In this document: positions 53,492-64,000 of the stretch, in pieces
How the letters are laid out: each line of letters opens with the position of its first letter
Position numbering within the stretch: the stretch's first letter is position 1
Source of the DNA: Tubiluchus corallicola
Lineage: Eukaryota > Animalia > Priapulida
Assembly (NCBI GenBank): GCA_030141605.1
Contig: JAQGDQ010000014.1
Span: 868,001 to 932,000, forward strand
Direction of reading: 5' to 3'
DNA: 64,000 nt
Position numbers and translations under genes: made by a program
Notes under the pieces: generated by a model
Told to the model about the DNA's origin: nothing
What the model saw: only the letters and a program-made list of their open reading frames with translations
Database searches by the model: none

Positions 53492-56400
53492 CTTTTGGTT
53501 TGACACTTAGTACATCTATGCTCTTCCAAAGTGCTTACACACCATATTTTTCACTGTGTGATATGCATTTGTACATTTTGTTTAAAATGTTAGCACCCTA
53601 AAATTGAGTGTTTTTTTGAGGCCATATCACCCTTAGCCTATGCTTTACTTATATCACGCTTAATTATCAAGTAGTACTGAAAGAATTATTATAATTAAGT
53701 TTTCTGACAGTTGCATTAATTATTATTGAATTTTACTTGTAATATTTGCATCATTTGTTTGTTATACTATAAAAGGTACTGCAAGGTAAATGCTGAATGA
53801 GGAATCTTAAACAGATCTGTAAGTGTTGGTAACTTTTTCTGTGTTTTAGAATCTCATTCATAGACCTTGCACTAGGTTCGTAAAGGTACAGCTGTTTGAT
53901 AGGAATTGTAACACCTGTAGACATACAAAATAAATGTAAATGATAAAGAGTTGATTTACTAAGAAATATAGCTCAGTATTTCAGCTACCTAGCGGTAGCC
54001 ATTTTCAAGAACATCACTTCACTAAATCACCTCTCTAACCCATTTATCATTTACATTTCATTTGATTCATAAAAGTATTATCTAAACTTTTGTAATGTAC
54101 AAGCGAACAATAAATGCGAGCTTCATGAATAATTTGTGAATGTGAATTATCATGATATTTTGATGAATGTCTCAATTGTCACTGGTAAGTTTAGCTCTTG
54201 TAACTCCCACTTTTTTAAAATTCGAATTTTATGATTTTTGGCAAAGCAAGCTTACTACAATGAAAATAATACTAAATGCACTTGGCCTTATGACATTACA
54301 TTACAATGTTTATCCTTGTATACCATTTTGTTTTAATCTAAGTTTCTTTGTAACAAAAACCTTTGTTAAAGAAGCTGGAATGGATGTTGAACAGACAGAC
54401 ATTCCAACAGTGTGTAAGACGGGTAAAAATTTTACTCCCAGGTTAATGGAATTACAGTTTTTTTCAGAACTTGACCTGATATGCACAGTTTGTTAATTAA
54501 ATGCGATTTTGCCTTAACTGCCTAAAATCAATTCTTTTAAACTTTCTGGGAAACTAATCAGAGTCAATTTACAAATTTCATATATATATATTGCTTTGTT
54601 ATAGTACCAGATAAGTTTTTTTATGTAAAATTCCTAGGTGCAACAAAATTTTTGTGGTAAAAATTAAATGTCTTCTTGGTAGATACCCTAGATCTCATCT
54701 TAAAGCTGTGTGCTTCCCTCTTATTATCTGTTCACTTCTACACCTCATCTCTCATGAATATATTCAACTACTGAAAATTCTTCATTGTCCACACATAATT
54801 TATTGCCATTGCTACTAATTCTGAAATCTTTTGAAATGTGATAATGGAAGACATTCACTAAATAGATTCCATCATTTATCTACCCTAGGGATATGACTTT
54901 CTAATCATTTTTCATGAATGTATATTCCTATTCATTTGGGGTAAATTATGCAGGGAAAATATTACATATAATTTTTTGACATTTTTGCTGGTATTGCTCT
55001 TTTGTGCTATGAGTTTGTCATTGATACTAGTTAGGCATTTGTTTCCTGTCTTTTAAACTTGTGTGCTTTTGTTACATTGTTTTATGTCAAATATTTTGAA
55101 GAGATCTAGCATGCTGCAATACTATTCTTTGTTCCTTTAATATTAAACTATTTGGTTTGCACACTACAAAGCATATGTGACAAAGTATTATACAGCTGTG
55201 TTAGGCCATTATGTTGTCGAACCATCACAATTTAGTGCTGTTACGTATGTGGTGCACTATCGGACAATGATGATAATTTTGAATATTTTTGTAAATTCAA
55301 TGTGAAATCTCGATAGCTAACTATTGCGATGACTGTAGTTACAATTCATACTGGATTACCACTATAACTAACTGTAAGCAATAACATTTGTCATACATGT
55401 ATTTTTGAAATGCATAATGATCTGCCAACTACTAAACATTCTGAAATTTCGTTTTGTGGACAGTGTTAATTTCAATCAGTTAAGACTTACTTTTAATTCG
55501 CATACATTACCTCTCAAACAAAAATGGTATTTATTGAAAAGTAGCTATAATAGTTGTCAATTTTACTGTAATACATAAATGTTATGTAAACAGTGTTGGC
55601 ATTATTATTAACTGCTAAAAATGTTTTTATTTGGTATGCACAGAAACAGCTCCGTACTAAAAGTATAATAATTGAATGATATAGAACAATTTCCAAACTA
55701 AATTTCCAAACTATTTAGATAATTTTGTTAGCTTTTTGCAAGATTTATTTGTGCTTGATTATTGTGAAGTTGAGCATTAGTTAGACATGCTATTTTTGCT
55801 GTAATTTATGTGAAAACTTGTATAATTTTGTGTTCACATAACGAGCTGAAACAATAGAAAATGGATGTTAACCAGTTTTCAGTATTATATTTAAAAGCTT
55901 TGGAGCCAGTATTTTCCATTGTGTATTTAGTATGCTGCATATTCTTCTGAGTGGTATTATGTTGTACTTATGTCAGTTATATAATTTTTTAATACAATTG
56001 ATATTAATTACAATATTTGTCTTCAGATTTCATTTAGCTGAGTGCAGTTATCGTACTTGCACATAGTGTAACTACACAGTAAAGCACACGTGGTAGAGTG
56101 TAATACATTAACATTAGTGATGTTGGCATATTTTCATGTTTAGCTGCATTTGTGAGATTCCAATCAAAATTTTGACTAGGTTTCTAGCCAAATGGTTTAC
56201 AATAATTCAATGTTTTATGTGCCACAACTTTTTTCAAAATATTTTGATTAAAGCGAAATGCACAGCGCAAAGGTAAGCTGATAACCGAAGCATACAAGCT
56301 AGATGAGAAAACCCGTTCATTAGAATTAGTCTGTGAATGTTTTAATTTTTCAGTCTACCACAAAAGAATTGCTAAAATGTAAACAAAAAGTGAACATTTT

Positions 56401-56722
56401 CTGCAATTAGTCTACGGTCAGTTAAAGAGATGTATCAATCGGAGATTGTCAGCTCACAGCATCATGATACTGTGGGTATACGTTGTCAAGTGGCAGTAGG
56501 TACAAAATGTTACATTTGCAAATTCATTTGTAGAAAAGCAAAAAATTAATAGGTTGCCTGCTACAGACTTGCAGCATAATACAGTACCGAGATCTTTGAA
56601 AACAGTAATTAATAGGCATCCTTGTATTTTGTGATTGTGCGGCCTGATATTGTAGTGCTAATAAGCATACAGCCATGCTAAATCATGCAAAGAACACTTG
56701 CTTCACTGATGGAAAATCATCG

Positions 56723-56890
56723 TATAGGGTGTCGCAAAAGCCACTATACATTTTGATTTCTAATTTTCGTTTTGAAATTTTCTGCAATCTCAGCAAGCTT
56801 TTATATGAATCGAAAGGGGCCTTTGAAAATTCTTTTTTGTCTGGAACCTCTTTACTATAATGAAGACAGGTAGTGTTAGAAATAAGTGCG
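56723..56890. mobile_element. Possible Tc1/mariner-type terminal fragment
   Basis: Begins tatagggtgtcgcaaaag, resembling TA-CAGGGTGTCCCAAAA termini. No matching second TIR was found. Confidence 0.3.
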
Positions 56891-59659
56891 AAATCAGCCT
56901 GACATGATGCTCTTTGATCATCAACTGAAAATCAGCAGAAATTCACAGAACCACATCATTATTTCAGTTTTCAACAAGATGCAGCAATTCCTCGTCACTC
57001 ATAGGCTGTGAGAAACTTTTATCAATGCAAGATGCTTGACTTGCCATTTGGATTAGTCTCTGAACCTCTTTAGGTCCATGGAGAAAGTAGAGAAAATAGC
57101 AAACCATACTAGTGCTGTAGTTCTTTTCAGATATTTGTCTAACTGGACTAAAAATTTCCAAAGTTTTAGTTTATCATTTAGTACCAATTTTCAAACATTT
57201 TGCTTCATTGAACCAAATTAATAAATGGTGTGTTGCTTTTCTTGATGCAATATGGAAGTGCGATACACTTACATTTGCTTTCAACAAAGGCACATCGCTC
57301 TTTTCTTGACCCCTTTTCCATATAATCAACTCACTAACGCTAGAAATAATTTTAATAGTGAGCCGACTTAAGCTTGGAACACACTATGATGAAACCTTAG
57401 CAGTTAGAAAACATGGCCAAACTGAGTTTAATCTGGCAAACTGAGAGATTAATTCCTTCAGTATACAAACTTAAAAATATAAGAAGTCACAATTATTGCA
57501 CATGCAGGACAGCAGAAGTGTGTTATGCCTATTGAAAAGAGCAAATCTGTAAATTGAAAACTGTAAGAAACAAGGTTAATTGCTGAGTGGTTATGGTATG
57601 CATCGAGTCTGAAAGTAGAATTATTATTGAGATTGGTCAGTAAATGGATGATGATTAATAGAAAAACAGTATCTGCAAGGTTTCAAGCGTCACACTGCAC
57701 CAGGCTAATTACCTTATAAAGGAATTATATTCATCTGAAAATGACTAAAGCAGTTTTGCCGAAGCATCATCTTAAAGGCAATGGGCTTGGTTCTAACTAC
57801 ATCAAGGAAGCCCTGAAAAATTTAGTTATCTTGGCATGTTCCTTCAGTCGAATAGCACGACTCCACAAGGGAAACTTAGCATTGGAGCAATGATAGCCAG
57901 TTATCTATCTTCACTCAATATCATTACAATAGCACTTGTAACACAAACACCCGTTTCTCTCTTTCAACGTATCGCACCATACATTATGAAAAACACATAT
58001 GAAATGCACTTTCGATCTTCAGATTTCTCATCAAACAAATGGGCACACTGTCAAATGATCACATGCTTAGGTCAGCGCAAGCACTTCTCAACAGATAATC
58101 ACCTACATAGACACTTTCTCTCAAAAGTGCACTTGCAGAATTGACCAGCACAGGATCTTTCTTTCATAGATGAGCCAACAAGTTATAATCACTGTGTATC
58201 AAAAGGAATACTTTTAATTTTGGAGCTACCATTCTTGCTTATATGCACATTAAATAACACACTGCGACCATTCTCCTGTTTTAAGTTCAGACTCTATCAA
58301 GTAAACTGGACAACACCACCATTTACTTCACGATACAAATTGCAAAGATGACACAGTTTGCGTAATATTCCACCTGCTCATAAACAAAATATATTCCACT
58401 CTGCAGCAGTACTTTTTGTTTAAAGAATTTCAAAAGTTGCTTCACCTCATGGCATTGCTTGTGAAAATGTATCCAGTGGGAAGAAACATATTATCCCTTT
58501 TTATTAAACACAATTTTAAACTTGACAAAATGACGGATGTGCCACTAATGAAGATGCATCAAAAAATCTTCACTGGCTTGTGATGAAAATAAACATCAGT
58601 ATATTAAAGCGGAACTGTCGCAGATCTCAATAAGCAGCAACATACAATTTGTAAACTCACAACGGCATAATAGCCAAATAATCCAGCAAAGCAAATACTT
58701 CCAGCACTACACTTGTTGGATTTAGTAGCATACTTTACAGTGCAGCATAGAGTTTCACTTTTCACATCTTGGAGGAAAGCAGTTCTTGATGTCAACGATA
58801 ACAATTACTACTACGACATCAGAATTGTAATTGGATCATAAACTGATTGAATCAAACAAATACAAGATCATTGTTACATTGAAAATCAATAATTTTAATT
58901 TTGATGATGAATAAGGTAAAACCAACTATGTAACCATTTTTATCAGTTGAGAAAAAGCAGTAAGCTTGAATGAGGATGTAACTGGATTTAGTCATCAATA
59001 CATAACAGAATCAACGCAGACAACAGCGCCTACAAAATCAGCTTTGCACAAAAAAGTTTGAATGTACCCAACTGCATTGTAGAAAATTAAATAATTTGTT
59101 AGAAAAATGGTGCAAAATAAATAATAATGAAGCATCTTCCTTACTGTTTAGATCTTTCACTTGCATCGTGAGATGTTGTTTTTGAACTTTAGAAATTACT
59201 AAGCCTGTAATCTATGCTCTGGAGTGCTCGTTCCTAGTAGCTAAAATACATTATGGCAAATAAATGAAAGGAATTCTGTTTACCCAGCTCAATCAATAAC
59301 TTTGAACTACACTTGAAGAACACTTGACCTAATATTAGCTGATGATTTTAAACTCTTAACTTGTGCCATGAAATTAAAATTGAATGCTGGAACTATACAA
59401 ATTACACAAGCGTAAACAAAACAAATTTGTCTACATAGCTGGACGAGATTTAAATGGACTGAGTAATTTTATACTTAAAAGCTTCCAAAGAACAGGCGCA
59501 TTATCTAAAAACTTGTGAAAAATTCACAAACTTTATAATTTAAACATTGAAGAAACTTGTTAAGCAAAAATAAGAAGTTTCCTTCTTTGATTTGCAGCAA
59601 GAAATGCGGTAGCCAATCATCAACAATGTTACAACAATTAAGAAATAAAACTGAAAAAA

Positions 59660-62600
59660 TCAGTTTGTTTCCATTGGTAAAGAGGTTCCACTATTACGTG
59701 CAACTACACCATTTGCGCATTCTGTTGGGTTATCCAGTTTGTTTACTGCTTCTGCAGTAAACTCTTTACATGGCATAGTCCGATTTTCCCGTGGATCCAA
59801 GTGGCTTCCTCTGTCAGTAAGTTCGTTTTGTACAGCGTCTCTTTCGCCACTCACTTCCAACAATGAGTTTGATAGTACGTCGCAGTTTGATTTCTTCCGA
59901 ACAGCATTGAGAATGCGACGCTTAACACTCACAGGTTCTAACACCACATCAGTCGTTTCTTCAGGTGTAGCAGCCCTAGCACTTTGCACAGTGGTCCGTT
60001 GCTGTTCAAGCGCGAAAGATTCTAAGAAATTGCTGTTATCAATTGGCTCACCTTCAACAAATTCATTAGTAATGCTTGTGTCAGTGTTGTGAAGATGCTT
60101 AGATTCTACGGGATACTCGGCAGGTACAGGAGTCCGGTAATCATTGGTCTCAGTTGCAGAATTACTATGCTGCAGTGTTGCTCCATCTTCTGAATTTTGC
60201 ACTAAATCAAAACATTTCAGTGGAGATTTTGTAGTTGTCCGTAGTTCAAATGACGGCGACCCACTCTTTCGTGATGGCCCCAACAGAGGGGAACGCCTTG
60301 AAGTCTGTTGAATTATTACAGTCTGTTGATTACTACTTGATATCTGTTCCTCCAGCACTGGAGACACGTGTGCTAAATGGTGCTCCACGAATGCTGGCGA
60401 CAATCTTGCAACCTGATGCCCAAAATTTAAGGACTGGTTTGAAGTTTGTGCACAATTTTCTGGATCTGTCGAGCTCACCTTTGTTTCAATAGTCTGCAGA
60501 TTCTGGGTTGAAATATTTGCACACACATCTTCAACATTTTCAGACATTCCAGTATGGGAGTTGAGGCTTGATGATGCCTCCATTTTTACTGAGGTGGCTG
60601 GCAGCACTTCTTCGTGAGACACATTTGCGTTCTTATTGCTGCCACTATCATCAATATTTAATCCACCAACATCTCCAGTCACTACGTTTTCTGTTTCCCC
60701 AACTGTCAATGGTTTCAACACAGGCAGAGGGGATGTTCGTAAACCCTGTGGGGTCCAGAAACTGCTTTCACGATCAATGACATTAGTCGTTACATTTTCA
60801 GACACATTGTCTGCTCTTAAATTAGCATCAAAATTATTTTGGTGTTTATGATCACTATCACCTGAACTTTCCATTTTCATATTTATTTCATGTTTGACAG
60901 CAAAGTTACCTACAACATTAATACTATCCAATTCTTTTTGTAGTTCCAGTTTTTCAGCCTGTGTCCTACCAAGTTGCTCTTGCACTTCTTGAAGCTGTTG
61001 TTTGAAGAAATAGATTGTACTCTGCATTCCTTCAACATCTTCATCCAACTCCAAAAGAAACTCGTCTAATTCTGAAAAAAAATAAAATGTTTACTAGCAG
61101 TTTATCTCAGGTTTTCTACCACTTAACGTTTTTCACATTCAGAAAGTCCATCTGACAAACCTTGTTGGCTTTTCTTCATTTCCTCACTGAAATTTTTCTG
61201 CAATGCCAAGTCTCCCTCTAGTTTAGCAATACGCCCAGAAGATATCTGTTTGCCTAGTTCTTCATTCTCCTGATACAAAAGTCTGCACTTTGCCATCAAA
61301 CGTTTTCCAGTTTGACTACACAAAAGTAAAAAATGCATACAAATGACATATCAATACATTTCTAATTTTTCTACATTAACATAGTCAATAAGCACAATAC
61401 TAGTTGGTATTAGTGACACAGTGCAAACTTTTATAAGCATTTTGCAAGATAGCAGATGAACAGCATAATTAATAGAATACAATAGATCAAAACAAGTATC
61501 GTTAATTATGGTTAATTTCCTTCTTGGGTTACCCCTGCTTATACAAATAAGTTTTGTTTTTATTGCATCTTATAATATAAATAGGCTAGTAACTCAAGGT
61601 TCCTTGCATATAATCTCCATTGTTTACACCTGTTTTCACCACTTCTTTTGTACAGGCAAAGCAACCCGGAAAAGCAAAGTAACCACAATTCATGGTGTGT
61701 AAACAAGCTGTCTTAGGCTTACTACATAACATTAACTTTCTTGGATTACCTGTCAGGTGTGAATTTCCAAGCACTAAGTTCACCCTGGGCTTCTTCGTAT
61801 TTAGTTTTAAAGTTATCTGATTGTTTCTTCAACTGCTTAAATAGCAGGTTGACAGCAGGATCTAATAACATGGCACGCAACTGTGCTAAGCTTGGTGTTT
61901 GTCCTTGCTTCAGATCCTGAATTTGGTTCTGTTGACAAAATAACTCAATTTAGTAAACAAGTTAAAAGTCTAATGAATAATACGTATAAACGGTATTCTC
62001 ATTGTTTCAGTTTCGATTATAATTTATGCAATTAGGCTGTCATTAAGTTTTTCGTACAGCTCAAGATAGCTCGAACCTACATCATACTGTTTATTCCCCA
62101 TATCTATGTTTTAAGGAAGAATCTTCAATGTAGTTTCTAAAGTAACTGTAAGTTAAAGTAATGCTATGACATCTTAACTGCTCAGGTAAACTGGACAAAC
62201 CACACGTACACTATATATGCAACAGCTGTTAATTTCTTAGTATCATAATTTACGTACAGCATATTCTTGCAGTTCTTGTTCCTTAGTTGTTAGTCTCATA
62301 ACGAGAACATTTTCTCGACGAGTTGCTTCAATTTGCTGTTGCTTCAACTTTTCCTCAGATTCTCGCAGCCCTGTCAACTCTTCACCTTAAAATATTGCAA
62401 ATGTTTCAGTTAATGTTGACCCAATCTCAAATTGGCAAACTTCTTTAAATAAAAACATTTTTAATAATTTGTTCAATACTGATAGTAAGCAAATATCTAC
62501 TTGCCAATGTTGTGATAGCCTTAACTCGTCTTTCTCTCTCTCTCTCTTTCCCATATTGTTAAAAAATTGTATACGTCTTGTATTATCAAGAAGTATGCGC

Positions 62601-63927
62601 AGCTGAATTTACTATTACAATTTTAGTGTATTTATCCAGTTTGAGGATTTACTGACACCACGCTGACATCCCTATTGCAGTGGCAGTGACAACAAACTAC
62701 CAATCAATGCTAGTTTAATACCAGGAAGAGTTTAGGAATAAATTTATACAGGTACAATAGCCACATCTAATAGCATACAGTCAGCTATTGGTTGAGAAAC
62801 CAAAATGCAACCAGACCAAACCCGCACAAGTTTAAAAGATGACAAAGTTTTCTCAAATCAAGCAAGGCAACTCCACCAGACATAACACCACCAAAGTGAC
62901 ATATTCAAAAATTTATTATTCAAACTGATTATAACAGTTGGAGAAAAAATAAGGCAAATATAAATCATACAAAACAAAACAAATATAACTTGTTACACAT
63001 GTGTCAGTGATGTCTTTTGTGTTCATTAAAGTATTTATAATGTAATTGTTGCACAAACTACACTTGTTTTTTCTAAAGCTTCCTACAAATAACGGAATAA
63101 AACTAAATGAAATTTTCTTCATAAGAAACAAATTTTTTGAGTTACTGGATTCAACTTTCAGATTAGATCTTGTACCTCAATGGAAAAATGTTGTATGCTT
63201 GTTTATCATTGTTACAGTATCACAAATTGAATGCAATTTCATATTAATTGATGTCTTGCACCTTCCTTACTATGGTTTCTACATTTAGTCTGTTTTATTA
63301 TTGGAGTACCTTTTTCTCAACATCTTTGGTTGATCATTCTACTGCTTTTTTGTTTTTTTACGGGATTTTGAAGTTAATGCTCAAATTATGCTTTTTCTGT
63401 TATGTTATTTTTATTTTGTTTGCTTTGCATACTCACAGTATTTTAGAATCTTAAATTTTTGATTAGTTAAATTATAATGTTCTACAGTATTGCATTACCC
63501 ATCATTTAATTGCCAATTAGACGCCAACAGATTTCAAATTTAAATTACGAACAGTGCCAAAATTAATTTTATTTAATCCTAGTTATTTAAGGGTGGCTTG
63601 CTAGATAACCTACGGGTTCTTCGCTGCCCTTCTCCGTTATTACATAATATTGCATGTATTCCTAATACTGTATTTTGACAAGTTTTGCGGAGTTAATAAA
63701 TGAATTGAATTGAAGTTATGCTTTGCATAAAGCACCATTATCATTATTTCATATTTTGATGTCTATTGGTAGTCATACTTACTATCAACAATATTTCCTT
63801 TTTCCTCTAATGCATTAATACGTGTCTCGTATTCTAGTAGTTTACTAATTAATTCCTCTTTGTCAAATTTTTCTAGCTCATCTCGCTGGAGCTTGGCACG
63901 CTTTAGCACAGGTTCACAGTCAGACAT
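59660..63927 (-). CDS. WTAP: Pre-mRNA splicing regulator WTAP / fl(2)d (m6A writer complex subunit), ~672 aa
   Basis: Exons 63927-63783, 62385-62258, 61928-61750, 61315-61161 and 61071-59660 are in phase. Motifs GLRESEEKLKQQQ..RRENVLVMRLTTKEQE, LLDPAVNLLF, ELSAWKFTPDSQTGKRLMAKCRLLYQENEELG, LDEDVEGMQSTI. Confidence 0.97.
63300..63714 (+). mobile_element. 3' end of a CR1/L2-like LINE
   Basis: Stem-loop gggtggc..aacctacgggtt..gctgccc followed by aataaa and a (tgaat)n tail at 63695-63714. Confidence 0.5.
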
Positions 63928-64000
63928 TATATTTATATGTTAGCTGTTTGTCTTTCCATCCCCTAAAACAAGGTATTTGCATAGTTAGACCATTGCACTA

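Noticed and set aside
54167-54496. 109-aa ORF or alternative RCAN last exon
   Set aside because: Weak splice signals and no recognisable motif; probably 3' UTR.
56960-58600. Coding-like stretch between RCAN and WTAP (possible gene or transposase)
   Set aside because: Many stops in all frames and no motif I could identify with confidence; likely a decayed TE needing a translated homology search.
59739-60851. Plus-strand ORFs overlapping the last WTAP exon
   Set aside because: Antisense shadows of the WTAP coding sequence.
61072-61160. WTAP isoform ending QQGLSDGLSECEKR (ORF 61123-61338)
   Set aside because: Simple read-through into an 89-nt GT-AG intron; conserved protein sequence resumes in the next exon.

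Overview
AT-rich, intron-rich eukaryotic DNA from an invertebrate animal. TTAGGG-type repeats are a weak hint against a typical arthropod. I reconstructed five spliced protein-coding genes by reading splice sites and frames by hand: (1) the 3' part of a MAP7/ensconsin-like gene (+) with a 3.4-kb acidic exon; (2) a complete USP16/USP45-family deubiquitinase (-, 15 coding exons, one probable GC-AG intron); (3) CLYBL (-, 7 coding exons); (4) RCAN/calcipressin (+, 4 coding exons); (5) WTAP/fl(2)d (-, 5 coding exons). Introns and intergenic DNA carry decayed non-LTR retrotransposons and several MITE families, some with 8-bp target-site duplications (TSDs). The most striking feature is a 24-copy, 50-bp tandem array in RCAN. 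Its unit is the end of exon 3 plus its 5' splice site, so about 23 near-identical donors are lined up behind an in-frame stop. Each unit also contains a frame-preserving AG-21 nt-GT micro-exon-like segment, and an older, decayed copy of the array follows. No database searches were run; family calls rest on recognised motifs.
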